From NCBI GenBank assembly GCA_965238175.1, contig CBDEGZ010000003.1, forward strand, positions 1-64,000: DNA of 64,000 nt, in the 5' to 3' direction. Shown here in pieces: positions 42,675 to 53,294 of this stretch. Under the pieces are notes generated by a model that saw only the letters and a program-made list of their open reading frames with translations, ran no database searches and was not told the origin of the DNA. The position numbers were made by a program, and so were the translations under genes. Positions within the stretch are counted from its first letter, which is position 1; each line of letters opens with the position of its first letter. This stretch comes from Gammaproteobacteria bacterium (GTDB taxonomy: Bacteria; Pseudomonadota; Gammaproteobacteria; CAJXQU01).

Positions 42675-43811
42675 ATGAATATAAAATCTGTTTTACCTTT
42701 CTTGTTGTTATGTATCACCACTACTGTACAGGCCGTGATTCTACCCGTACCTGCTGCACCCGATGTTAATGCAAAAGCCTATTTATTGGTCGATGTTTTA
42801 ACAGACAAAGTGTTGGCAGATAGAAATGCTACTGATCGAATTGAACCCGCCAGCCTGACAAAAATAATGACCGTCTATGTCGCTGCACATGAATTACGCG
42901 ATGGCAACATTAGCTTGTCGGATGAAGTACTCGTCAGTAAAAAAGCCTGGCAAATGCAAGGCTCGAAAATGTTCATCGAGGTGGGTGATAAGGTCACCGT
43001 CGAAGAATTATTAATGGGGATTGTGGTGCAGTCTGGTAACGATGCCAGTGTTGCACTCGCTGAGCATATATCAGGTACGGAAGAAGTGTTTGCAGTTTTA
43101 ATGAACCTGCGAGCTCAGGAACTGGGCATGAAAGGAACCAATTTTATCAATGCGACTGGCTGGCCAGACGAGGCACATTATACAACAGCTGAAGATCTGT
43201 ATAAATTAACCAAAGCGATAATCACCGAGTTTCCAGAAGATTATGCACGATATAAAATTAAAGAATATACCTACGGCGGCATAACACAACCAAACCGAAA
43301 CAATCTGCTATGGCGCGATAAGACGGTTGATGGTGTTAAAACTGGTCATACAGAATCAGCTGGGTATTGCCTTGTTTCTTCAGGAGTTCAAAAAGGAACT
43401 AGACTGATTTCTATTGTGCTCGGTTCAGCAACAAAAGATTCCAGAATTGATGCCAGTCAAACACTACTAAATTATGGCTTTCGTTTTTTTGAATCGCATA
43501 CCTTAAAAGAAGCGAACAAATCCTTAACGGAGGTTAAGGTTTGGCTAGGAGCCACTGACATACTCAAACTGGGCATCAAGGAAGATCTGAATGTAATGAT
43601 CCCCAGACGGCAATACGAACATCTGCAAGCTAAAATGGATATTGATGCCCAAATCATGGCGCCTGTCGCGGCTGGCGAAGCGTATGGAACGTTGACAGTA
43701 ACTTTGGAAGATAAAGAAATTGCCAGTATTCCACTCATTGCATTGGAATCGATCGAGAAAGCAGGTTTGGTTAAACAACTAATGGACAAAGCCAAGCTTT
43801 TATTAGAATAA
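42675..43811 (+). CDS. dacA: D-alanyl-D-alanine carboxypeptidase (PBP5/6)
   Basis: SLTK, SGN and KTG motifs. Confidence 0.93.
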   Translation: MNIKSVLPFLLLCITTTVQAVILPVPAAPDVNAKAYLLVDVLTDKVLADRNATDRIEPASLTKIMTVYVAAHELRDGNISLSDEVLVSKKAWQMQGSKMFIEVGDKVTVEELLMGIVVQSGNDASVALAEHISGTEEVFAVLMNLRAQELGMKGTNFINATGWPDEAHYTTAEDLYKLTKAIITEFPEDYARYKIKEYTYGGITQPNRNNLLWRDKTVDGVKTGHTESAGYCLVSSGVQKGTRLISIVLGSATKDSRIDASQTLLNYGFRFFESHTLKEANKSLTEVKVWLGATDILKLGIKEDLNVMIPRRQYEHLQAKMDIDAQIMAPVAAGEAYGTLTVTLEDKEIASIPLIALESIEKAGLVKQLMDKAKLLLE

Positions 43812-43828
43812 AAAGCGACTGAGAAAAA

Positions 43829-44689
43829 ATGTCAGATTCAATTTGTTACTTAAACGGTGAATTTCAACCGCTTGCGAAAGCGGTGGTTCCTGTACTTGAT
43901 CGCGGATTTATCTTTGGTGATGGTATCTACGAAATGATCCCGGTATTTAGTGGGCATGCATTTCGTTTGATTGAGCATCTACAACGCTTGGCAAATAGTC
44001 TCAAGGCGATTTACATTAGCAATCCCAACACAATTAATGAGTGGACAAATTTGATCGATACAATGATCAAAAAGAATGGTGCAGGTCATCAGGCGATTTA
44101 TTTGCAAATAACCCGCGGCGTTGCCGTTCGTGATCATGCTTTTCCAGAAAAATCTGAACCAACCGTTTTTATCATGAGTAATCCTTTACCTGAGTCGCAA
44201 AAAGCACATCCGGTTTCAGCGATTGTCTTGCAGGATCCTCGTTGGAATAGTTGTGACATTAAAGCGATCTCTTTGTTACCCAATGTTTTACTACGACAAC
44301 AAGCAAGAGAAATGGGTGCATATGAGGCAATTTTGATCCGAGATGGACAACTAACCGAAGGCGCTGCAAGTAATGTTTTTGTTATCAAAGACGGGGTGAT
44401 AAAAACACCTCCAAAGGGACCAAGACTATTACCCGGGATCACACGTGATCTGGTGGTTGAGTTGTTACAAAAAGAATCTCGCCCATGTGAGGAAACACAA
44501 ATTACTGAAGTCGAACTTCGTAACGCCGATGAGCTCTGGGTAAGTAGCTCGACAAAAGAAATTTTGCCTGTCACGCAACTGGATGGAAAACCTGTCGGGA
44601 CAGGTGAGCCTGGTTTGATCTGGCAGAGTACAGTCGATTTATATCAATCTTTCAAAGATAGCTTCACTGGAACGGACGCGGCCGCATAA
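43829..44689 (+). CDS. dat: D-amino acid aminotransferase (class IV PLP)
   Basis: [12 protein letters not shown]; DIKAISLL; EGAASN; LPGITR. Confidence 0.88.
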   Translation: MSDSICYLNGEFQPLAKAVVPVLDRGFIFGDGIYEMIPVFSGHAFRLIEHLQRLANSLKAIYISNPNTINEWTNLIDTMIKKNGAGHQAIYLQITRGVAVRDHAFPEKSEPTVFIMSNPLPESQKAHPVSAIVLQDPRWNSCDIKAISLLPNVLLRQQAREMGAYEAILIRDGQLTEGAASNVFVIKDGVIKTPPKGPRLLPGITRDLVVELLQKESRPCEETQITEVELRNADELWVSSSTKEILPVTQLDGKPVGTGEPGLIWQSTVDLYQSFKDSFTGTDAAA

Positions 44690-44693
44690 CGAT

Positions 44694-45047
44694 ATGGAAA
44701 TCTATAAAGAATTTAGTATCGAAGCTGCACATCGTTTACCTAATCTGGCGGATAATCATAAGTGTTCTCGTTTACATGGACACTCATTTTTGATCAGAAT
44801 TTGTGTCGAAGGTGAAGTTGATCCTGACACAGGTTGGATTATCGATTTTGCCGAAATTAAAAAGGCCTATAAGCCAGTTTTTGATCAACTTGATCATCAC
44901 TATCTAAATGAGATTGAAGGCTTAGAAAATCCAACCAGCGAAAATCTGGCGAAATGGATCTGGGATCGTTTAAAACCAGAATTAACCTTGTTATCAAAAG
45001 TGATCATAAAAGAAACTTGTACCTCCGGCTGTGTTTATACCGGCTGA
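44694..45047 (+). CDS. queD: 6-carboxytetrahydropterin synthase
   Basis: AAHRLP; CSRLHGHS; ENPTSEN. Confidence 0.96.
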   Translation: MEIYKEFSIEAAHRLPNLADNHKCSRLHGHSFLIRICVEGEVDPDTGWIIDFAEIKKAYKPVFDQLDHHYLNEIEGLENPTSENLAKWIWDRLKPELTLLSKVIIKETCTSGCVYTG

Positions 45048-45077
45048 ACACAACTATACAAAGATTAGGAAACAAAA

Positions 45078-45476
45078 ATGACTAGACAAATCATCAGTAC
45101 TGACAAAGCACCACAAGCAATTGGAACCTATTCACAAGCGGTCAAAGTGGGAACAACGGTTTATCTGTCTGGGCAAATACCCTTAGTGCCCGAAACAATG
45201 GAATTGGTTGAGGGCGATATGCGCGCTCAAATTGTACGCGTGTTTGACAACCTTACTGCCGTGGCCGAAGCGGCGGGTGGCTCATTGGCTGATATTTCAA
45301 AATTGAATATCTTTTTAACCGACTTAAGTCACTTCCCATTAGTTAATGAGGTGATGGCGGAATACTTTGTTCAGCCCTATCCCGCACGAGCTGCAGTAGG
45401 CGTTGCACAATTGCCGAAGGCTTCGCAGGTGGAAATGGATGCCATAATGGAGTTATTAAATATCCAAGATACCTAA
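45078..45476 (+). CDS. ridA: RidA family enamine/imine deaminase
   Basis: [11 protein letters not shown]; SGQIPL; YPARAAV. Confidence 0.93.
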   Translation: MTRQIISTDKAPQAIGTYSQAVKVGTTVYLSGQIPLVPETMELVEGDMRAQIVRVFDNLTAVAEAAGGSLADISKLNIFLTDLSHFPLVNEVMAEYFVQPYPARAAVGVAQLPKASQVEMDAIMELLNIQDT

Positions 45477-45619
45477 GAATGCCGGTCTATAACACATTTG
45501 TTTTCATCCAGTGCATCGTTTTTCCTCCTTACAGGGAGTGGTCATGCGCGTCGTCGTGCCTTGTCCTGAATGAAAACAAACCCACTTTAAATCCTGCATT
45601 CTTAGGTATCTTGGGTATA
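45461..45619. repeat. ERIC-like palindromic element overlapping the ridA 3' end
   Basis: 19-bp perfect IR ccaagatacctaagaatgc (45464-45482) / gcattcttaggtatcttgg (45596-45614), ending GGGTATA; internal gcatcgtt...gccttg. Confidence 0.85.
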
Positions 45620-45644
45620 AGACGGGACAACGTTTGATCACGTT

Positions 45645-47753
45645 ATGACCGAGCAACGGTCAAAAACCCCCATAACCACTTTAAAAGGTGTTGGCCTTCG
45701 TGTCGCTGAACGCCTGGAAAAGATTGGGATAAAAGAAATCCAGGATCTCCTTTTTCATCTTCCATTACGCTACCAGGATCGTACGCGAATTATACCGATT
45801 GGTTCGGCGTTACATGGAAGCCAAATAGCCGTTCAAGGCGAAATAGAATTATCTCAAGTCAAGTTTGGTCGACGGCGTTCTCTACTATGTCGGATAAGTG
45901 ATGGAACTGGAGCACTAACCTTACGTTTTTTTCATTTCTCCGCAGCACAACAAAAAAATCTCTCTAAAGGATTGCGTATTATTTGTTTTGGTGAAATTCG
46001 TAGTGGTCCAACAACATTAGAAATGGTGCATCCAGAATATCGAGTGGTTGGAGAAGATGAAAAAATCCTACAGATGGAAGATTCGTTGACACCGGTTTAC
46101 CCAACGACGGAAGGTTTGCATCAGATCAGTTTACGGAAGCTAACCGATCAAGTTCTCTCATTGTTAGCGGCTGATCAAAATAATTTTCTCGAAGATTATT
46201 TTTTGAAGTTGGAGAAAATAAAACCAAAACAAAAAATTCTCAACGATTGGGGGCTTTCAGAGGCAATTCAGTTTGTGCATCGGCCACCACCAGAAGCAGA
46301 AGTTAATCAGCTTATTACCGGGCAACATTCTGCTCAAAAAAGATTGGTGTTTGAAGAATTACTTGCGCATCAGTTAAGTAAGAAATTAAGTCGTAAAGAA
46401 TTTAAAGATCAAAAGGCCCCTTCCTTACAAGCTAATGGAATATTAGCGAAGGAATTACTCACCTCATTACCCTTTGAACCAACGTCAGCACAACAACGTG
46501 TGACGAAAGAAATTCAGAATGACTTGATCAAAAGTCAACCAATGTCACGACTGGTTCAGGGTGATGTTGGTTCAGGAAAAACATTGGTTGCAGCGATGGC
46601 AGCATTGCAGGCGATAGAAGCTGGATTTCAAGTTGCGATTATGGCACCGACTGAATTATTAGCTGAGCAACATTTAAAAATATTTCAACAATGGTTGAAG
46701 CCTTTGAATATTCCAATTATCTGGATTTCTGGCAAGCTTAAAGCCGCAGAAAAAAGACAAGCTTTGTTAGACATTTCAGAGACTGATAAATGTGTTGTGA
46801 TCGGTACGCACGCGTTGTTTCAACAAAGTGTTGAATTCAAAAAATTAGGGTTGAGTATTGTTGATGAACAACATCGTTTTGGCGTGCATCAACGTTTAGC
46901 ACTCCGAGAAAAAGGCAAGGTGGATGGCAATACCACACATCAATTAATCATGACGGCTACGCCGATCCCGCGTACGCTGGCTATGACTGCCTATGCCGAT
47001 CTTGATGTATCTGTTATAGATGAATTACCCGCAGGTCGGCAACCGGTGACAACATCGGTTATTCCGGAACTTCGACGTGAAGAAATCATTGAACGAATTT
47101 CGGATATTTGTCATCAAGGTCGGCAGGTATATTGGGTCTGTACTTTAATAGAAGAATCAGAAACTTTGCAATGCCAGACCGCAACCGAAACCGCAAGTTT
47201 GTTAGCGGAAAGTTTGGATGGTTTAAAAGTGGGATTGATCCATGGTCGTTTAGATAAAGATCAAAAAAATACTGTTATGCAAACATTTCACTCTGGTGAA
47301 ATTGATCTGCTTGTTGCAACAACGGTGATTGAGGTTGGGGTTGATGTACCAAATGCAAGCTTAATGATCATCGAAAATGCCGAGCGATTAGGGCTTGCAC
47401 AATTGCATCAGTTGCGCGGTCGAGTCGGACGTGGTTCGCGTAAAAGTGATTGCGTATTGATGTATCATTCTCCTCTTTCTGATCATGGCAAAGCGCGACT
47501 GGCGATTATGCGAGAAACCAATGATGGTTTTAAAATATCACAAAAAGATCTCGAGTTGCGCGGGCCAGGTGAGTTTCTCGGAACACGGCAAGCGGGTTCA
47601 ATGCGTTTTAAAATAGCCGATTTAATGCGTGATCAGGATCTGGTTCCCGAGGTTGAAAAAACAGCCGTGCAAATAATGAAAACAAATACGGAAATCATAG
47701 AACCTTTGATCCAACGTTGGATGATCCATGGTATTGACTACGCGGATGTTTAA
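45645..47753 (+). CDS. recG: ATP-dependent DNA helicase RecG
   Basis: GDVGSGKT; DEQH; TAT; QLRGRVGRG. Confidence 0.98.
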   Translation: MTEQRSKTPITTLKGVGLRVAERLEKIGIKEIQDLLFHLPLRYQDRTRIIPIGSALHGSQIAVQGEIELSQVKFGRRRSLLCRISDGTGALTLRFFHFSAAQQKNLSKGLRIICFGEIRSGPTTLEMVHPEYRVVGEDEKILQMEDSLTPVYPTTEGLHQISLRKLTDQVLSLLAADQNNFLEDYFLKLEKIKPKQKILNDWGLSEAIQFVHRPPPEAEVNQLITGQHSAQKRLVFEELLAHQLSKKLSRKEFKDQKAPSLQANGILAKELLTSLPFEPTSAQQRVTKEIQNDLIKSQPMSRLVQGDVGSGKTLVAAMAALQAIEAGFQVAIMAPTELLAEQHLKIFQQWLKPLNIPIIWISGKLKAAEKRQALLDISETDKCVVIGTHALFQQSVEFKKLGLSIVDEQHRFGVHQRLALREKGKVDGNTTHQLIMTATPIPRTLAMTAYADLDVSVIDELPAGRQPVTTSVIPELRREEIIERISDICHQGRQVYWVCTLIEESETLQCQTATETASLLAESLDGLKVGLIHGRLDKDQKNTVMQTFHSGEIDLLVATTVIEVGVDVPNASLMIIENAERLGLAQLHQLRGRVGRGSRKSDCVLMYHSPLSDHGKARLAIMRETNDGFKISQKDLELRGPGEFLGTRQAGSMRFKIADLMRDQDLVPEVEKTAVQIMKTNTEIIEPLIQRWMIHGIDYADV

Positions 47754-47756
47754 AGA

Positions 47757-48638
47757 ATGACTAAAGCATGTCTAAGCTTAAAGGAAAGGTTAGTCCAATA
47801 TGCGCTGCTGATGAGGTTGGATAAGCCTGTTGGTATTTATCTTTTGTTGTGGCCAACTTTATGGGCAATCTGGATTGCTTCCGAAGGTAAGCCAGATCCA
47901 TTAGTTTTATTTGTATTTGTTGCTGGCGTAGTTTTGATGCGATCAGCTGGATGTGTCATCAATGATTTTTTTGATCGAAAAATTGATGTTCATGTCAAAA
48001 GGACCGCAGCTCGACCGATTGCAGCAGGTCGAGTGTCGGGCAAAGAAGCAATCATTTTATTTATGCTGCTGTGTGTAATCGCATTCAGCCTGGTATTATT
48101 AACGAATAGCCTGACAATCAAACTTTCTTTTGTAGCTGTTTTGCTCGCGGTGTCCTATCCTTTAATGAAACGTTTTACCAATCTTCCACAATTTTATCTT
48201 GGTCTTGCCTTTGGTTGGGCAATACCGATGTCCTTTGCCGCGATTCAGAATACGGTTCCAAAAGTTGCATGGATTTTGTTGCTGGCGACGATGATTTGGG
48301 CGGTGATCTACGACACGATGTATGCGATGGTGGATTATGAAGATGATCTAAAAATTGGCGTCAAATCAACAGCAATATTATTTGGTGAACATGATCGAAT
48401 GATTATTGGGATCCTGCAATTTTTGATGTTGGCCCTGCTTTTTTGGGCAGGAACGATGATCAGCTTGGACTGGCCCTTACATTTGTCGTTATTGATCGCA
48501 GCGGTGCTGATGTTAAAACACCGAGTGATGATCCGTGATAGAGATAACGATAAATGTTTTCAGGCGTTTAAACAAAACCACTGGATAGGAGTTGTTATTT
48601 TGTTAGGGATTATTTTTAGTTATATAAATAAACAGTAG
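47757..48638 (+). CDS. ubiA: 4-hydroxybenzoate polyprenyltransferase
   Basis: RLDKPVG; NDFFDRKID; YDTMYAMVD. Confidence 0.96.
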   Translation: MTKACLSLKERLVQYALLMRLDKPVGIYLLLWPTLWAIWIASEGKPDPLVLFVFVAGVVLMRSAGCVINDFFDRKIDVHVKRTAARPIAAGRVSGKEAIILFMLLCVIAFSLVLLTNSLTIKLSFVAVLLAVSYPLMKRFTNLPQFYLGLAFGWAIPMSFAAIQNTVPKVAWILLLATMIWAVIYDTMYAMVDYEDDLKIGVKSTAILFGEHDRMIIGILQFLMLALLFWAGTMISLDWPLHLSLLIAAVLMLKHRVMIRDRDNDKCFQAFKQNHWIGVVILLGIIFSYINKQ

Positions 48639-48645
48639 GACATCT

Positions 48646-49032
48646 ATGTGGCTCGTAATTGCTTTAAATCTTCTATACGGTCCTTACAATGCCACGGTGC
48701 AATCAGTGATTGATGCAGAAACGTTAAGGTTGGAAGTTGCTGTTTGGCCAGGTGAAGAAAAATTGATCGATATAGGTGTGTTGGGTGTCGATGCCCCTTC
48801 AATTGATGGAGCATGTGATGTGGAGAAGCTGCTAGCAAAAGAAGCGGCTGAATTGACGCGAGTTTTTATCGGTAAACAAGTGCGACTGACAGATGTTCGA
48901 CGTTCGACGAAAAATAATAAAGTGTATGCAAAAATCAGAAATATTCGCGGCAAATTATTGCGAGACGCTTTGATCCAAAGTGGCTATGGGGTACCTTACG
49001 ATAAAGATAAAAAAGCAAGTTGGTGTCCTTGA
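48646..49032 (+). CDS. Thermonuclease (SNase)-like protein
   Basis: VIDAET; LGVDAP; LIQSGYG; C-terminal SWC; catalytic residues look divergent. Confidence 0.7.
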   Translation: MWLVIALNLLYGPYNATVQSVIDAETLRLEVAVWPGEEKLIDIGVLGVDAPSIDGACDVEKLLAKEAAELTRVFIGKQVRLTDVRRSTKNNKVYAKIRNIRGKLLRDALIQSGYGVPYDKDKKASWCP

Positions 49033-49142
49033 CTTTTACCAAAATTAAAGGGAACAGTTAACTTTAAAACCTGAGAACGGTTTAGGCATTAGTGCCCGTT
49101 GCTTAAACCAATCTGAGGGAATTAATATCTGATGCCTAGCTT

Positions 49143-49186
49143 TGTGATCTAAATCGCATTTCTGAAGTATTGTTTTGGTTTATAGT
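49143..49186 (+). promoter_or_regulatory. CRP site TGTGAtctaaaTCGCA plus -10 TATAGT upstream of the HD-domain gene
   Basis: 14/16 match to TGTGATCTAGATCACA at 49143-49158; TATAGT at 49181-49186 gives roughly class II spacing. Confidence 0.6.
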
Positions 49187-49245
49187 GGCCTACATTATGC
49201 AACTACAGTCATCAAAAGAATTTTAGATGAAGTTCATACAGCAGA

Positions 49246-50040
49246 ATGCTTGATATAACCAAAATATTGTCGGATAAATTTGTCGAGTGTCTCGTTGATG
49301 GATACCGATCTGAGTTTAATGATGAACATCCTGAATACCAAGATCTGATCAAAAATACTGTCGAACGGATTGTTGTTATCATTTCAAGTAGTAATACTCT
49401 CTATCATAATGTGGAGCATACCATTCAAGTGACACTTGTAGGACAAGCTATTCTGCAAGGAAAACGAACTGTCGATGATAGCGTGACACCAGAAATTTGG
49501 TTGAATTTCATAATTGCATTGTTATGCCATGACATAGGTTATGTATCTGGAATATGTTCATCTGATTGCCAAGAAAATGTACCCAACCTAGCAAGTAATG
49601 CGAAACTAATGTCAGTACATATTGATCGTGGTAAACAATTTGTGGCTGAGGTCTTCTCTGAACAGTCTGAAATTGAACTAGAATTTATTCAACAATGTAT
49701 AGAACGTACTCGTTTTCCCGTTATGGATACAGAAGAAGCTCAACAGACAGATGATTTTCCTGGACTTGTTCGTGGTGCTGATTTGGTTGGGCAGGTGAGT
49801 GACCCTCGTTATATTAATAAATTACCCGCTGTATTTTTTGAATTTGAAGAATCTGGGTTTAACCAAATTACAGGATATAAACAACCGGGTGATCTTTTAA
49901 AAAATTATGCTGATTTCTATAGGAGTTCTATCGAACCTTATGTCAAAGAATCGATAGAATATTTGAGAAGAACCCAAGTCGGGCGGGATATTCTAAGCTA
50001 TCATGATCAGAATATTGCCTTCGCTATTAAATCCACTTGA
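49246..50040 (+). CDS. HD-domain metal-dependent phosphohydrolase (Npun_R2479-like)
   Basis: YHNVEHT; LCHDIGY; HIDRG; ADLVGQ. Confidence 0.85.
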   Translation: MLDITKILSDKFVECLVDGYRSEFNDEHPEYQDLIKNTVERIVVIISSSNTLYHNVEHTIQVTLVGQAILQGKRTVDDSVTPEIWLNFIIALLCHDIGYVSGICSSDCQENVPNLASNAKLMSVHIDRGKQFVAEVFSEQSEIELEFIQQCIERTRFPVMDTEEAQQTDDFPGLVRGADLVGQVSDPRYINKLPAVFFEFEESGFNQITGYKQPGDLLKNYADFYRSSIEPYVKESIEYLRRTQVGRDILSYHDQNIAFAIKST

Positions 50041-50126
50041 TCAAGATATCATCGCAATTACATACAAGTTTATGTAGTATCGCGCCTTTTCTATATTTTT
50101 GAGACTAATTATTTCGAATCGGAGCT

Positions 50127-50423
50127 ATGATACTTACTAAAAAGCAGAGCAAATATTTACGTTCATTAGCACATAGCTTGAACCCAGTTGTGCGTATTGG
50201 TCAGAATGGTCTGACAGAGAATGTGCTCGAAGAAGTAAAAAATGCGCTGGAATATCATGAGTTGATCAAACTAAAGATAAATGTTGGTGAACGACAGGAG
50301 CGTGACAACGTTTTGCTGAAAATTTGTGAAGAGACAAAATCTAAATGTATTCAAAAAATCGGTAATACTGCGACCCTATTCCGTAGGAATCCTCAAAAAC
50401 CAGTTATTTCTTTGGCAAAATGA
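50127..50423 (+). CDS. yhbY: CRM-domain ribosome assembly RNA-binding protein
   Basis: LRSLAHSLNPVVRIGQNG; HELIKLK. Confidence 0.95.
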   Translation: MILTKKQSKYLRSLAHSLNPVVRIGQNGLTENVLEEVKNALEYHELIKLKINVGERQERDNVLLKICEETKSKCIQKIGNTATLFRRNPQKPVISLAK

Positions 50424-50733
50424 TTGTAATTTCTAAAGAAAAAGCCAACAACGACACTTAATACATCAACATCAAAGGAATACACAAATAAATAGTTTTC
50501 GAAATGTTGAGTAAGATAAATGGGTACGGATCAAAGGGTTCATCAGATATTAACTAGTCTCCCCTGAAATATAGATAAACTGATGATTTTAAAGGAATAG
50601 GTTATAAACTCTATTAAAATAAACGTCCAAAAAAACAGTGAAATCATGAAAAACTGGCCGATCTGAGAAGTAACTATAACGAGTCAAGCGAAGATACCTA
50701 ATACCAATCACATTCGATGAAACCATTGCCCTA

Positions 50734-50865
50734 GCGAGAAAACAGTTTAGACGATGCGCGAGGATAAAGCTGGTCATCGGCTACTTAAAAAGCGGCCATC
50801 GCTTAACTGTTAATACCGGCAGCTGCATTCAATTTCAAAAAGTGGATGCGGGACGTTATTTTTTC
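50734..50865 (+). pseudogene. Decayed IS5-family transposase C-terminal fragment
   Basis: ARKQFRRCARIKLVIGYLKSGHRL then AAFNFKKWMR, resembling RRRAAIEPVIGHLK...AAFNF; stops and deletions around it. Confidence 0.65.
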
Positions 50866-51180
50866 CATTTATAAAATCATTACGGCAAGTGCTTTTTGTA
50901 AACCAGAACCTGCAACAAGTACAATGTTTGAAATGAATATTTCAGGATCGACTATCTATGATTTGATCGAGCGATATCATCAACGTTCTCTCGCTTTCTT
51001 TATCATGAGTGTTTTAACAACTGGCATTACTATTGGTATTGGGACTCTATCCATTCGACTGTAAGGTTACTTTTCTGTGAAATAGTCATGTGATAAATTA
51101 ATGCGTTAGCGTATCTGACATGCTAAATTGATCGACCTAGACTGTTCAAACAATACAAAACTTGTAAAGATAAAACTACT

Positions 51181-53226
51181 ATGAAAAACCCTTTGTTAGA
51201 AAAAACCGAGCTGCCCGCGTTCAGTAAAATCAAGCCTGAACATATTGAACCTGCGATAGATGAAATACTTGCGGAAAATAAACGTCGCGTAAAAGAGATC
51301 TTATCCGATCAAAGCCCATCCAGCTGGGAAACCACCATTGAGCCGCTGGAAGATCTGGATGAGAGCCTTAGCCGAGCCTGGTCACCAGTCAAGCACATGA
51401 ATGCAACGGCTAATAATGATGATCTACGTGCTGCTTATAATGCATGCTTACCGAAATTATCGGCCTATTCGACTGAGCTAAGTCAAAACGAGGATTATTA
51501 TCAGGCTTGCAAATCGATCGCTGAGAGTGAGAGTTTCACATCTCTGGAACAAGCACAACAAAAAGTAATAGAAAATGCATTACGTGATTTTCGCTTATCA
51601 GGAATTGAATTAGATCAAAAAGATCAAGATCGTTTTAAAGAACTTCGATTACAACTTTCAAAATACGCAACCAAATTTGAAGAAAATCTGCTCGATTCAA
51701 CCAACGCCTGGAAGAAACACATCACCGATGAAACTCTGCTTTCCGGTTTACCTGAATCAACTAAAGGATTAGCAAAACAAATTGCCGAACATGAAGGACT
51801 GAATGGCTGGGCTCTGAATCTACAATTCCCTTCTTATATGCCTGTCATGACGTATGCAGATAATGCTGAACTGCGTTATGAAATGTATCAGGCCTTTGTG
51901 ACTCGTGCGTCTGATCAAAATGCAAATGATGAAGATGGCAGGTGGGATAACAGTGAGAACATGGAAAAATTGCTTGCCTTGCGCCAGGAAATGGCGACTT
52001 TGTTAGGCTTTAAGCATTATTCGGAATATTCTCTGGCCACTAAAATGGCAGACAATCCTGAGGAAGTATTGAATTTCCTCAATGATCTAGCTAAACGTTC
52101 AAAACCTTTTGCCGAAAAAGACCTGCAAGAACTGCAAGACTTTGCTAACGATGAGTTTGATGTAGATGATCTTCAGGCTTGGGATATGTCTTATTATGCC
52201 GAGAAATTGCGCCAACATCGTTACAATCTTTCTCAAGAAATGCTGCGTCCTTACTTCCCAGCAGCCAAAGTGATCAGTGGACTTTTTCAGGTTGTCGAAC
52301 GACTTTATGGTCTGAAAATCAGCGAGAGAAAAGACGTTGATGTTTGGCATGATGACGTGCAGTTTTTCGAAATTTCCGATCAAAATAATAAACTACGTGG
52401 CAGTTTTTATCTTGATCTCTATGCTCGCCCTCAAAAACGCGGTGGCGCCTGGATGGATGAATGTCAGATCAAAAAAAGAACAAGTAATGGCATACAAAAT
52501 CCGATCGCCTATTTGACCTGTAACTTCACACCGCCCATAGGTGATCAACCTTCGTTATTAACACATTCAGAAGTGACAACCCTCTTTCACGAATTTGGAC
52601 ACGGTTTACACCACATGCTGACAAAAATAGATGTTGCAGGTGTTTCTGGGATCAATGGTGTCGCCTGGGATGCAGTGGAATTACCCAGTCAGTTTATGGA
52701 AAACTGGTGTTGGGAACGTGAAGCGTTAAATCTGTTTAGTGGTCACTTTGAAACCGGCGAAGCGATTAATGATGAACTATTTGAAAAAATGCAGGCGGCG
52801 AAAAACTTCCAGTCTGGATTACAAATGCTGCGCCAACTCGAGTTTTCTTTATTCGACTTCCGTTTACATATGCTCGAAGAAACCTTCAGTCGAGATAAGA
52901 TCCAACAGTTATTAGATCAAATTCGAAGCGAAATTTCGGTCGTGCCTACACCTGAGTTTAATCGATTCCAACATAGCTTTTCACATATCTTCGCTGGCGG
53001 ATATTCGGCAGGATATTACAGTTATAAATGGGCCGAAGTATTATCGGCTGATGCTTTTTCAATGTTTGAAGAACATGGGATTTTTGACAGGGCTACAGGT
53101 GATCGCTTTTTACATGCTATCCTTGAGATGGGTGGTTCGCGAGATGCGATGGAACTGTTTGTTGATTTTCGCGGTCGTAAACCAGACATTGGGCCCCTGT
53201 TAAGACATTCTGGAATTATTGCCTAG
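51181..53226 (+). CDS. prlC: Oligopeptidase A (M3)
   Basis: KRGGAWMD; FHEFGHGLHH; VELPSQ; GYYSYKWAE. Confidence 0.96.
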   Translation: MKNPLLEKTELPAFSKIKPEHIEPAIDEILAENKRRVKEILSDQSPSSWETTIEPLEDLDESLSRAWSPVKHMNATANNDDLRAAYNACLPKLSAYSTELSQNEDYYQACKSIAESESFTSLEQAQQKVIENALRDFRLSGIELDQKDQDRFKELRLQLSKYATKFEENLLDSTNAWKKHITDETLLSGLPESTKGLAKQIAEHEGLNGWALNLQFPSYMPVMTYADNAELRYEMYQAFVTRASDQNANDEDGRWDNSENMEKLLALRQEMATLLGFKHYSEYSLATKMADNPEEVLNFLNDLAKRSKPFAEKDLQELQDFANDEFDVDDLQAWDMSYYAEKLRQHRYNLSQEMLRPYFPAAKVISGLFQVVERLYGLKISERKDVDVWHDDVQFFEISDQNNKLRGSFYLDLYARPQKRGGAWMDECQIKKRTSNGIQNPIAYLTCNFTPPIGDQPSLLTHSEVTTLFHEFGHGLHHMLTKIDVAGVSGINGVAWDAVELPSQFMENWCWEREALNLFSGHFETGEAINDELFEKMQAAKNFQSGLQMLRQLEFSLFDFRLHMLEETFSRDKIQQLLDQIRSEISVVPTPEFNRFQHSFSHIFAGGYSAGYYSYKWAEVLSADAFSMFEEHGIFDRATGDRFLHAILEMGGSRDAMELFVDFRGRKPDIGPLLRHSGIIA

Positions 53227-53294
53227 GAACTAAAATAGTTGAGCTTCTAAGGATTATCAGTTTGTCTTACATTACTAAGTAACATAATAATAAT

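Noticed and set aside
50846-51064. 72-aa ORF
   Set aside because: It begins inside the IS5 remnant (KWMRD); no family motif.
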